Of a DNA stretch of 56,674 bases, positions 26,094-35,104 are shown in pieces (position 1 is the stretch's first letter; the number at the start of each line of letters is the position of its first letter). This DNA is from a virus. Its lineage: Duplodnaviria > Caudoviricetes. The notes under the pieces were generated by a model. It did not search any database and had not been told where the DNA came from. It saw only the letters and a list, made by a program, of their open reading frames with translations. The translations under genes were made by a program, and so were the position numbers. The stretch spans positions 1-56,674 of the IMG/VR virus record IMGVR_UViG_3300034021_000712; one strand, written 5' to 3'.

Positions 26094-27001
26094 TATCCTC
26101 TAATTTCCATAGCATAGAATGCAGAGATCGATCTCATATCATTAGAAACACGATCATTAATATATAGATCTCTAACTGAACCACTCCAAGATGCGGATGC
26201 TCTTACTCTATATCTAACAGGAACCGTAACACCAGGAGAATCTCTAAAGATTATATGATGGTTATACATATAATCTGTAGTATCTTGACCATCATATACA
26301 GTAGAAATTGATCCTGCACCAACGTTTGAATTTCCAGAAAGCCCAGAAGTTAAAAGACTACCATCTCTGGAAAAGCCAAATGATGTTACATGTGTTGCAG
26401 AGCAATTAATCATTGCAACTAAAAGTATCTTCGAATTTGTATGAGTGGGCTGAATAGAAATTTCTAGTTCAGGAATGTCAGCACTGCTATCCAGATCTTG
26501 TGAACGAATTAGATATCTTGTTGGTGATGAGTGAACCATTCTAACCTGAACAATTTCACCTTCTCTTAGGTCATTATCCTCACCACCCATGATGAGCCAA
26601 CTTGCACCATTTTCAATAGTTACTGTGTAATTATTGTCAACCTGAACAGGACCAGCAGTGAATCCATTTGTGAATTCTGCACCACCATTAGCAACAGGAC
26701 CTACAGTTAAATTTTCAGAGATATTGGTTCCATTTGTTCTGATGATTGACTTTTCACCAACAGAAGGACCGCCACCACCAACATCTGTCCAACCAGGAAC
26801 ACCCTGTCTAGCATCAGCAACCCAAATTTGAGCTTGGTCTGCAGTGGTATTGAATACCATAGTTCCCACTGCAGGAGTTCCCAAAGCATTAATTTGGGTT
26901 TGATTTAAGCCTTGCAGTGTGAGTGATTGTGATAGTGAAAGTGTGGTCATTAATGCTCTAGTAGAAGCATTAATTTGTGACTCTATAATTTTTGTTGCCA
27001 T
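26093..27001 (-). CDS. Tail fibre-like structural protein
   Basis: GTMVFNTT, SIIRTN..ISEN, GPV.V...VTI, C-terminal ISIQP...SKILL...MEI domain. Confidence 0.75.
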   Translation of the reverse strand: MATKIIESQINASTRALMTTLSLSQSLTLQGLNQTQINALGTPAVGTMVFNTTADQAQIWVADARQGVPGWTDVGGGGPSVGEKSIIRTNGTNISENLTVGPVANGGAEFTNGFTAGPVQVDNNYTVTIENGASWLIMGGEDNDLREGEIVQVRMVHSSPTRYLIRSQDLDSSADIPELEISIQPTHTNSKILLVAMINCSATHVTSFGFSRDGSLLTSGLSGNSNVGAGSISTVYDGQDTTDYMYNHHIIFRDSPGVTVPVRYRVRASASWSGSVRDLYINDRVSNDMRSISAFYAMEIRG

Positions 27002-27022
27002 GAGTTTATAAGAATAAGGTTA

Positions 27023-30000
27023 TTAGATTACTAACTCACGGATTTGAATTACATCACCAGTTTGTGGAACTGTAGACACGGAAAAGTCTACAGCATTACC
27101 AGTAACAGTATAATCAACTCCAGGAACTTGACATACACCGTTCAAGAATACGAGAACGGAATATGCAGTGTGCCCCGAAGAAATAGCAAAGGTAGATTGA
27201 ACCCCATTGCCATTATACGTTACACCATTATTGCTATTGGTAATACCAGTAGCTAATCTATATTTATCCGCGCACCCATATGATCCAGTAATATCAATGT
27301 TACCTTGAACATACACATTACCAGCAATCTTCATCCTGTTGGATGCATCTGGAGCCATACCAATACCATAGTTGGTAGTGCCAGAATATCTCTGAGATGT
27401 TATTGGCGTGGTATCAGATAATCCGAATTTATACCATGTTGCAGAATCATAAATCCAACCTAATGCTTGACCAGGAGCCCAATCCTGATTGTATACCATA
27501 TCACCATCATTAAATGCTAATCCAGCTGGGAGATCAGGTAAGCCCTGAGCATTCTCTTCTGCTAAGAAAGATTGCTTAAGAACTGTTCCATCTGCATTTG
27601 TATAGGTAAACTTCAGCGTTTGAATATTGTCAAGTGAAGTTACCTTTTTCTGGAATGTTACAGGACCAGAAAATACAGATTCTAACTGGTTAGATGCACC
27701 ACCAATTACGGTTAGTTTATCAGTTAAAACCAATTCTGAGAAAGTTTGGATTGTTGTATTTTCTTCACCCAAAACATTAAGTTGTGCAATGTCAGCATTA
27801 GTAATCTGACCAGTAACTGGGTTAACAACTTGGTTACCAATGAAGAGGTCACCGTTAGAGTTTAGACCAGAATAGAATGCAACGCCCGCTGCTTCTTTTA
27901 GTGACTGAGATAATCTAACTTGAGAATCAGTTAAAACTTCAACCTGCGTTGAGGGGAATGCAGTAGAATAGTTACCAGGACCAAAACCAAGATATTCAAA
28001 TGTGTGGTTACCTGAACGTAGAATTGAATATCTTCTCAATTCTACAGGAATTGGCTCTACAGAATTATCAGCTTCTCTGATTTTTAGTGGAATTTTTCTC
28101 TGCTCTGAATCACCAAGTCTAGCAGTTACTGTAATGCCATTCAAGACGTTAGCAACTGTAGTATATCCAAGATTATTTTCAGTTTCTTGTAAGAAGAATT
28201 GTGCAGTTTCTTTTGTGATCGATCTTTGAGCATCAAGATTTGGTGTTGGGGTTGCACCATCTGTAGCATATACTAATCCAATTGTCTCGTTATCTGCAAT
28301 AGATACCGAAGCTTGAGGATCAGCATTTGGGTTGTCTCTATCAAACGAAGGATATACCTCATTAACGTTCTGAGAGAACTTAAAGTCATTAAAGTTGTCT
28401 GTTGTAGGTGAAACAGAGGCAGAAAGAACTGAAAGATAATAAATTCCGTCTTGCTCACCACGAATAAATTCTTGGTATGTTTCAACTTCATACACATAAT
28501 AAATTTTATTGTATGAAGGAGAATTGGTTTCAGATGATCTTGGTTGCATTACGAAACCAGTAATAGGTTCTCTAGGAACTGGGAATGAATCTTTATCTAG
28601 AAGATATCTAAATCTATAGATTCTATCAGTTAAGTTTCTTGCATCGGGAACTCTTCTAATATATGAAGTTGGCGTGAATCCAAGATTTTGATATTGTGAA
28701 TTGGCAAGAAGAGTAGTATAGATGGTATTTACGTTTCCATCAACTTGAAGATACCAATTAGATCTGCCAGAATCCCATTTAATTGGATTATTTGGATCAT
28801 CTGCTGCAGTTCCAGTAACATCAGTTCCAGCAGGTTGAATATTAGCATAATGAACTGTTGGTGTAGTTGCACCAGATGCAATCAGCGAAACATATAATCT
28901 ATCTGGTGTATTAACGTTATCTCTTCTAGCACCAATTGTATAGCCTTGAATTTTTGTTGGTGGTGGAGCAGACTGATTGGTATATCCGTATAAGTAAAGC
29001 TTAGTTTGATCTGCTGCAGCTCTTGTCTTTTGAATATCAATTGTAACCCAGTTTACAGAAATCTCAGGAACATCACCTAAAGATTTTGGAGGGATTATAT
29101 GTGTAACTTGACCAGCTTTATCTTTAGTAAATGCTGCAGCCTTAAAGCCTTTACATCTTAATGATGTATTACCAAAGTTGGAGTTAGAGTTGGTGATCGA
29201 CATGTCACCACCACTATCAGCAAAGAAGTGATCGCCAAATCCAACAGCGAACACAGAAACAACCTGAATAAAAGCATCATTTGAAGCTTTAACGTGGCAA
29301 TGTCTCCAGCCTTTTCTATATTTGCAAAGACCATTGATGTGAGCACCAGATCCTGCAGTTTGTGGTTCGTAGTTGCCTGTATTGGGATTATAGAGAACAA
29401 ATGCTCTGTCATCCTTTTGTAGAGAAATTCCAGTAAACTGCGCAACAACCATGGATTTAAAGCCAGTAGCTCTAGATCCATCAGCGTGCATACCATTAAT
29501 TCCCCACACGGAACGTAGGGATAGGTTGAACATGTATGGAGAAGCAGAGTCTACTGTATCAATTTCAACCTTAACTAAGATATTATTTCCAATTGCATTA
29601 CCAGAAGGTTCTGCTGACATCTGATATGTAAATTGGTTACCCTGCGCAGATGTAACCAAGAATGAGCCATTATATAATAACTGGTCTTGTTCAGTCGGCC
29701 CTACAACACCAGAAACGTTAACTGCAACACCAACTGAGAATCCGTGGTTTTTAGGATTACCTAGTTCGTCAACTGTAAATGCTGTAGCAGTCTGACCATT
29801 ACGAATAATCTGAGAAACTGCAAATTCGTCAGAGATAGGACCAACGATTCTATTTTCTTCGACTCTTGCTTGGATCTGATCCTGAGAAATAACTCCAGAA
29901 GTATCAGGAATAGTAGCGTAAGCTTTTGAAATCTTTTGGTAGTAAAGATCTAGATCTTCTTTACTTGCATATTCAAAGCAAGTTAATTTGTGGTGAGAGA

Positions 30001-30601
30001 AGTTTGGTGCAATTGTATTAATTGCATCAGGTCTATAATATACACCATTATTATCACCATCAAATAATGAGAACTGCCAGAAATAACAACCACCAGTTAC
30101 TCTAAAAATAGCACTAGCTCCTGGTTCATTTAAGGCATTAATACCTAAACTACCTGATACTGTAGGATATGGAATATATTTTGGAATAATCTTCGTTCTT
30201 CTAAGGTCAGATCCAACTAGTGAACAACCTCTTGGAACAATGACGCCACCATCTACAGAATTAAATCTGTAAAGAATGTTACTACTTGAGTTGATATCAA
30301 AGTTACTATTTGCATCAAATGGTTGAATAGTAGCGTAATCAGATGTTCCAGGTCTATTATCAATAATATATTCAGAGGGATACAAATAGATAGAGAAAGC
30401 ATCAAACTCGTCATTAGAAAGACCAACTCTATATGAGAATCTTGCTACTTCTAAGAACGCTCGCTGTAGAGTTTTGAATGGTCGCAATGCAGAGTTTCCT
30501 CTGTTATCATATGCATCTGATGCATCAAAATCGTCAGGGTTAACGTAAATAATACGACCCGTTCTAGACGTAATGATATTTTTTAATCGAGTAAGTGCCA
30601 T
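27023..30601 (-). CDS. Large virion structural/fibre protein (beta-helix-like N-terminal region)
   Basis: IYVNPDDFDASD..RGNS.LRPFKTLQRA, GSDLRRTKI, VDSASPY, SMVVAQFTG; C-terminal VFLNGV.Q.PG.DYT module. Confidence 0.8.
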   Translation of the reverse strand: MALTRLKNIITSRTGRIIYVNPDDFDASDAYDNRGNSALRPFKTLQRAFLEVARFSYRVGLSNDEFDAFSIYLYPSEYIIDNRPGTSDYATIQPFDANSNFDINSSSNILYRFNSVDGGVIVPRGCSLVGSDLRRTKIIPKYIPYPTVSGSLGINALNEPGASAIFRVTGGCYFWQFSLFDGDNNGVYYRPDAINTIAPNFSHHKLTCFEYASKEDLDLYYQKISKAYATIPDTSGVISQDQIQARVEENRIVGPISDEFAVSQIIRNGQTATAFTVDELGNPKNHGFSVGVAVNVSGVVGPTEQDQLLYNGSFLVTSAQGNQFTYQMSAEPSGNAIGNNILVKVEIDTVDSASPYMFNLSLRSVWGINGMHADGSRATGFKSMVVAQFTGISLQKDDRAFVLYNPNTGNYEPQTAGSGAHINGLCKYRKGWRHCHVKASNDAFIQVVSVFAVGFGDHFFADSGGDMSITNSNSNFGNTSLRCKGFKAAAFTKDKAGQVTHIIPPKSLGDVPEISVNWVTIDIQKTRAAADQTKLYLYGYTNQSAPPPTKIQGYTIGARRDNVNTPDRLYVSLIASGATTPTVHYANIQPAGTDVTGTAADDPNNPIKWDSGRSNWYLQVDGNVNTIYTTLLANSQYQNLGFTPTSYIRRVPDARNLTDRIYRFRYLLDKDSFPVPREPITGFVMQPRSSETNSPSYNKIYYVYEVETYQEFIRGEQDGIYYLSVLSASVSPTTDNFNDFKFSQNVNEVYPSFDRDNPNADPQASVSIADNETIGLVYATDGATPTPNLDAQRSITKETAQFFLQETENNLGYTTVANVLNGITVTARLGDSEQRKIPLKIREADNSVEPIPVELRRYSILRSGNHTFEYLGFGPGNYSTAFPSTQVEVLTDSQVRLSQSLKEAAGVAFYSGLNSNGDLFIGNQVVNPVTGQITNADIAQLNVLGEENTTIQTFSELVLTDKLTVIGGASNQLESVFSGPVTFQKKVTSLDNIQTLKFTYTNADGTVLKQSFLAEENAQGLPDLPAGLAFNDGDMVYNQDWAPGQALGWIYDSATWYKFGLSDTTPITSQRYSGTTNYGIGMAPDASNRMKIAGNVYVQGNIDITGSYGCADKYRLATGITNSNNGVTYNGNGVQSTFAISSGHTAYSVLVFLNGVCQVPGVDYTVTGNAVDFSVSTVPQTGDVIQIRELVI

Positions 30602-30632
30602 CTCTTACCTATCTTCCTTAGATATTTATTTG

Positions 30633-32765
30633 TTAGTTAACCGATTTAGGCGTATTTAATACAACATAGTCATCAGATACAGTCTCAAATCCAGTCACGA
30701 CATAGCTGAGATCTGCAGCACTAGAATATACCATTATATTCTGACCAGGACCGACAACAATACTAGAATTTTTATCCGTTGCATTTGCGTTAATCGCTTT
30801 ACCATACATGATGTAATCTTGTGTTTCAATTTCATCCACATCAACATGAACTGCAGTGCTTACTGTTCCAACAGTAAATGTTAGATTGGGAGCACCACCA
30901 CCACCCAATTGAGCATCTAGAACAGTGATTGTATCCGAAATCGCATGACCTTTTCCGCCATTCAAAATAGTTACAGTTGCAGCACCAGATCCATTAACAG
31001 CAATACTAAATGATTGATTTGTTCCAGATCCACTTGTAGTTCCAGTTACAGTATAAGTTCCTTGAACTCTCAATGCATTGGCAGCACCAACGCCAGTAAC
31101 TGTTAGAATTTTACCGTCTACTGCTTCAACATAAGAACGAGCGCCATCTTCAATAGATGGAGAATCGTAGAATTTATCTCCATTTACAAAAGGAACCGAA
31201 TCTTTTTCAAGAGAGACTTTTAGTAATGCATTAGTTGCATCCCAGTCTTGAACATATCCATGTGCTCCTGGAACAACTCCAGTAATTGTTTGTGTTGTTG
31301 TTCCAATTGTAAATGTATCGGCAATCGTGAAGTCTGCTCCAGAAAAATTGTATACAAAAATTTCAGTATAGGTTGGATTATTAATAGTATTAATAGTAAA
31401 TCCATATCCAATTGAAGCTGCAGCTTCGTTATACACATAAATTGTTCCTGCAGTTGTATCAGTAATACTAAATTGCAGATATGCTCCTGCTTGACCAGAA
31501 GTTCCACTTTTAATAACGCCAGTTGTATACTCAGTTCCTGCTGTTGGTGTATTATTAATACCCTCAATGGCATCAACCGAGAACCTAAAGAGATCACCAG
31601 TCATTGAAGAATCTGATAAATCAAACTTATAAGTTCTCAAATTATTCAGGGTGAAATTAACTGGTTTAAAATGACCACTTCCTGAAGTAGTTGATAGTAG
31701 GAATTGGAAAGTCTGATTAACTGAGCTTGTTACTGTAAATTGAAGATCTGCTGAAGCAGTTGCTCCAGATATAGTTTCTCCTGTAGCAAAATAATTAATT
31801 AAGACTAGCTGACCGATATTATATAAAGTTACTGTGGTTGCATCATTATGATTTACATCTGCTGTGCCATATTGTCCCCTGGCAACAGTAATGTCATTAC
31901 CAACAACATTATCAATTCGCATTAATTCATTATCAATTCGAATAATACCACCAGTAATAAATCCAGTCGAGTCGGTAACAGTAAGAGTTGTATCACTTGC
32001 AGCAAAAGTTGCACCTTCATTTACTGTTGTTGTGGTTGCACTAGCAACAAGTGGGGTCGATCCATAACCACCAGCAATTGTTGCAGCAGTTGTTCCTAAT
32101 GCACCTCTAGTTACTGTAATTGAACTAGTTACGCTATTTACTGTTGCAATTTGTAATAGTTCATTATTATTGGTTGGTAATAAATATCCAGCTTGTAAGT
32201 CGTTTGGCGCTATTCCAATACCACTAACTTTAATAGTAGTAGCAGAGTTATTTAAAGCATTCACATGAAGATAAATGGCATTTCCTGCTGCAGCACCACG
32301 ATAAGTTGCAGTTAAGCCAGTAGTATCTCCAGTTACTGTTTCACCATTAACGAAAGTGCCACTTAAACTAGCTCCGTTAATCGATTGAGTATGGATGTCT
32401 TCTACAATCACATAGTAATTAACCAGATCTGATGGCTTATATACATCAAACAAAGTAGCAGAAGCTTCAAGATCAGTAGTAATATTCAAACCAGGAATTG
32501 CAACAGTATTTGTCATTCCTGGAGTAATCTGTAATTTATATTTTGTTACTGGATTCCCTTTCTGAAATTTATATGTGCTTGGCTGTGCTCCATCAATTCT
32601 AAGAATTTGATCATAGTCTCTTAATGCAACACGATATGATGCACTAGATCCACTCTGATTGCAAACGTTTAATACTACACTACCAGTTCTATCAATATCT
32701 GGAGAATATAGTTTATGATTTGTGGTTGCCCCTGGTTTTGCGGCTGCTAATCTTCCTGCTGTCAT
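30633..32765 (-). CDS. Virion structural protein
   Basis: MTAGRLAA N-terminus, Thr/Gly-rich, internal repeats ITVTRGALGT/ITVARGQYGT. Confidence 0.75.
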   Translation of the reverse strand: MTAGRLAAAKPGATTNHKLYSPDIDRTGSVVLNVCNQSGSSASYRVALRDYDQILRIDGAQPSTYKFQKGNPVTKYKLQITPGMTNTVAIPGLNITTDLEASATLFDVYKPSDLVNYYVIVEDIHTQSINGASLSGTFVNGETVTGDTTGLTATYRGAAAGNAIYLHVNALNNSATTIKVSGIGIAPNDLQAGYLLPTNNNELLQIATVNSVTSSITVTRGALGTTAATIAGGYGSTPLVASATTTTVNEGATFAASDTTLTVTDSTGFITGGIIRIDNELMRIDNVVGNDITVARGQYGTADVNHNDATTVTLYNIGQLVLINYFATGETISGATASADLQFTVTSSVNQTFQFLLSTTSGSGHFKPVNFTLNNLRTYKFDLSDSSMTGDLFRFSVDAIEGINNTPTAGTEYTTGVIKSGTSGQAGAYLQFSITDTTAGTIYVYNEAAASIGYGFTINTINNPTYTEIFVYNFSGADFTIADTFTIGTTTQTITGVVPGAHGYVQDWDATNALLKVSLEKDSVPFVNGDKFYDSPSIEDGARSYVEAVDGKILTVTGVGAANALRVQGTYTVTGTTSGSGTNQSFSIAVNGSGAATVTILNGGKGHAISDTITVLDAQLGGGGAPNLTFTVGTVSTAVHVDVDEIETQDYIMYGKAINANATDKNSSIVVGPGQNIMVYSSAADLSYVVTGFETVSDDYVVLNTPKSVN

Positions 32766-32778
32766 TTTTTAATTTCCT

Positions 32779-34104
32779 CTACCATCCTGATTGAAAGAAG
32801 TTTATAAGTCTTAATTTTCCACCAAAAGCTGGGGCGGAAATCGGTCCCCCAAAAGAAACACCAACCTGACCTACGTTATTTGTTGATAATAGCTCAGCAT
32901 TAGCATTTGGGAATTTAATAGTAACTGCTTCTGTAATATTAGAAGCATCTATTGTAATTATACCATTAAGTGACTGTGGATTATTTATCTGAACATCTTC
33001 TAAAACTTTATTAGCAAGTGTTTGACTTGCTAATGTTGATACTAAAGTATTTACTCCTAGAGTATTTAAATCTTCTGCTGGGAATCTAAATGGTATAGTT
33101 CTGTTTTCACCAACATTACTAATATCAAAAGATACTTTTTTAGTTTCAAAAGTAGTATCAGAAAAAATTGCACCTTTATACACTTTGTTTGTCAGTGTTT
33201 GTGATGCATCAGTTCCAACCAAAATAACATTAAGGTCAGGGAATGTTACTGTTCTATTCTGTGTAATACCCGAAGCGTTAAACGAGACTTTTCTAGTTGG
33301 AACCTGAGGATCAGTAGATGGAGTATTAGAGAATGTTGGGTTAACTAAATTTTTATTGAAAGCATTCTGCTCAGAAATATCATCCAGTAATGTAGATTGC
33401 CCAGGACCTACACCAAAATCAGGCAGTCTATAAATTTTAGTTCCAGGTGCTTCCCATGCATCACATTCGAATCTTGCAATCTTTGTAGTATCAGAAGATC
33501 CTGTTATTGAAAAATCATTATCTTTAATGATAATTGATTTATTGGTAATAGTTTGAACAGTATCATTACCAAGAAGAGTGGTAGAAGTAAAGGATCCAGT
33601 ATTAGGAAGAGCAAATCTTCTAACACCAGATCCTGTAGAGATACCAGATACTTCAAATGTTGCTAGTTTACCAGGGTTTTGATCGTCAATAATGAAAAAC
33701 TGTGAATCAGTAAATCTAGAAGAACCATTAACAGTAAAATACCCAGATCCTTGTGGGGTTATTTGAATATTAGAGTTAGACGAAAAGGTATCAATTCCTC
33801 TAATAACAATGGTGCTAGAACCATCTGTATTTTGTGTTCTTGAATTATAAAGAGCAGTGGTTCCGAATGAAATTCCAATTTCATTTACTGCAGACTGATA
33901 TAATCCAGTGTCACGATCTAGGTCAAAAGCTAAACCTGGATTTGCTTTTGATCCTGCAGAAACACCTTTGAATAACTGATTGATTTTTGCCTTCCTATTT
34001 GGAATCAAAGGATCCGAAATGATAATAGGCAAAAAAGCCTCTCCAGTTACAACTGAATCGGCTAGTGGTTCTAATTGAGATATTCTTTTATATAGTAAAG
34101 CCAC
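32779..34104 (-). CDS. Virion structural/fibre shaft protein
   Basis: KRISQL, PGLAFDLDRDTGLY, repeated QT(I/L)(T/A)NK shaft motifs. Confidence 0.75.
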   Translation of the reverse strand: MALLYKRISQLEPLADSVVTGEAFLPIIISDPLIPNRKAKINQLFKGVSAGSKANPGLAFDLDRDTGLYQSAVNEIGISFGTTALYNSRTQNTDGSSTIVIRGIDTFSSNSNIQITPQGSGYFTVNGSSRFTDSQFFIIDDQNPGKLATFEVSGISTGSGVRRFALPNTGSFTSTTLLGNDTVQTITNKSIIIKDNDFSITGSSDTTKIARFECDAWEAPGTKIYRLPDFGVGPGQSTLLDDISEQNAFNKNLVNPTFSNTPSTDPQVPTRKVSFNASGITQNRTVTFPDLNVILVGTDASQTLTNKVYKGAIFSDTTFETKKVSFDISNVGENRTIPFRFPAEDLNTLGVNTLVSTLASQTLANKVLEDVQINNPQSLNGIITIDASNITEAVTIKFPNANAELLSTNNVGQVGVSFGGPISAPAFGGKLRLINFFQSGW

Positions 34105-34129
34105 TATTATCTACTGGTGCAGTTTTCTC

Positions 34130-34137
34130 TATTTATA
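34130..34137 (-). promoter_or_regulatory. T4-type late promoter
   Basis: TATAAATA on the minus strand, 25 nt upstream of the structural gene run. Confidence 0.75.
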
Positions 34138-34144
34138 AACTTTA

Positions 34145-34217
34145 TGCCCGTGGTCGGATTCGAACCAACACTGTATGGATTCTAAGTCCACCTTCTCTAC
34201 CGTTGGAATACACGGGC
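34145..34217 (-). tRNA. tRNA-Leu(UAG), short variable loop
   Basis: GCCCGTG/CACGGGC-A acceptor; GTGGA-CTTAGAA-TCCAT anticodon arm; 5-nt variable loop; TTCGAAT T-loop. Confidence 0.92.
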
Positions 34218-34292
34218 TGGTGGCGGGGGGTGGAGTTGAACCACCTACCTGAAGCTTATGAGACTTCTGTGCAACCGTTACACTTCCCCACT
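34218..34292 (-). tRNA. tRNA-Met(CAU), initiator-like acceptor, encoded CCA
   Basis: AGTGGGG/CCCCGCC-ACCA with 1:72 mismatch; GAAGT-CTCATAA-GCTTC anticodon arm. Confidence 0.88.
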
Positions 34293-34304
34293 ATGAAAGG
34301 AGTA

Positions 34305-34338
34305 AATATACTCCTGTTTTTTGAGGATGTCAACCCTC
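34305..34338 (-). promoter_or_regulatory. Sigma70-type promoter for tRNA-Met/tRNA-Leu
   Basis: GAGGG-TTGACA-TCCTC; TTGACA-17 nt-TATATT. Confidence 0.78.
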
Positions 34339-34341
34339 TAC

Positions 34342-34490
34342 GCTCGGCTCGCCACCTATTTAGTTATCGAGCAAATAGGAATCTCGGCGGGAGTATACCT
34401 CCATCCGCACCAGTCGGCATTTATATTGCCCATCCGACGAGGGCAAATGGGTCATATTGACTCCACCACCTAATTTACACAAACTAGGAA
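34342..34490 (-). ncRNA. Structured ncRNA: three tandem pseudoknot/hairpin modules with UGGYG (wcaG/manA-like cyanophage RNA)
   Basis: TTGCCC/GGGCAA stem with loop GTCGG pairing CCGAC; CGAG/CTCG stem with loop CCTATTT pairing AAATAGG; CCTAGTTT/AAATTAGG stem; each followed by TGG(T/C)G. The family name is recalled, not searched. Confidence 0.72.
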
Positions 34491-34708
34491 AGAAGTAACT
34501 GCAATAACTTTGCTAGTTCGATCATAAAGAAAAAACTACAAATAATTACAGTATCCCACATTTTGTGTTTTACAAAAGATGGGATAAGAAGTGATCCAGC
34601 TATTAGTTTAATAACTAAACCAAACTGCAAATCTCCCCAAACCATAATGAAGTAACCGATAATGACAAATGCATTACCAACGTATCGCAATAAAGTGAGA
34701 TTAGACAT
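34484..34708 (-). CDS. Small three-TM membrane protein
   Basis: 74 aa hydrophobic ORF (LRYVGNAFVIIGYFI...HKMWD). Confidence 0.75.
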   Translation of the reverse strand: MSNLTLLRYVGNAFVIIGYFIMVWGDLQFGLVIKLIAGSLLIPSFVKHKMWDTVIICSFFFMIELAKLLQLLLS

Positions 34709-34710
34709 AA

Positions 34711-34756
34711 GGGGGTTCTCCCGACCAGGGCTAGTTTTAGGTCATACCGAGACCTA
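34711..34756 (-). ncRNA. 5' module of the manA/wcaG-like structured RNA
   Basis: TAGGTC-TCGGTAT-GACCTA hairpin, then TGGTC and a GGG-AGAA-CCC hairpin, immediately 3' of tRNA-Ala. Confidence 0.5.
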
Positions 34757-34827
34757 TGGAGAATACCAGAGTCGAACTGGTGATTGATGCTTGCAAAGCA
34801 CCCGTTTTACCACTAAACTAATTCCCC
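34757..34827 (-). tRNA. tRNA-Ala(UGC)
   Basis: GGGGAAT/ATTCTCC-A with the G3:U70 identity pair; loop TTTGCAA. Confidence 0.92.
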
Positions 34828-34865
34828 TGGCGGCCCTTTTGTTAACGGGGTAGAGCCGAACCCCG
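34828..34865 (-). ncRNA. Putative small H-type pseudoknot RNA ending in CCA
   Basis: CGGGGT-TCGGCTCT-ACCCCG stem; loop CGGCTCT pairs with downstream AGGGCCG; ends CCA flush with position 1 of tRNA-Ala. Confidence 0.55.
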
Positions 34866-34870
34866 AGACT

Positions 34871-34900
34871 ACTTTAGAGTATGGACCTCTATTTTGTCAA
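34871..34900 (-). promoter_or_regulatory. Sigma70-type promoter
   Basis: TTGACA-18 nt-TAAAGT. Confidence 0.6.
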
Positions 34901-34901
34901 G

Positions 34902-34986
34902 CGGAGGGAGGGGGAGTCGAACCCCCAAGGCTTTTACACTCAACTGTTTTCAAGACAGGTTCCGTCGCCAATCGGATTGCCCCTCC
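34902..34986 (-). tRNA. tRNA-Ser(UGA)
   Basis: GGAGGGG/TCCCTCC-G; loop CTTGAAA; long variable arm; G73. Confidence 0.92.
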
Positions 34987-35026
34987 ATAATGTGGGGGTT
35001 TCCCCCCAACACTTCCTTCACACGGA

Positions 35027-35098
35027 AGCCCCCGACAAGATTCGAACTTGCGACCAGCGGTTTACAAAACCGCTGCTCTACCACTGAGCTACAGAGGC
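35027..35098 (-). tRNA. tRNA-Thr(UGU)
   Basis: GCCTCTG/CGGGGGC-T; GCGGT-TTTGTAA-ACCGC. Confidence 0.93.
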
Positions 35099-35104
35099 AT
35101 ATCC

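Noticed and set aside
34342-34490. Mini-CRISPR array
   Set aside because: Only a 5-nt motif recurs; there are no 20-40 nt identical repeats with spacers and no cas genes. The 54191..54853 nuclease is the usual core exonuclease.
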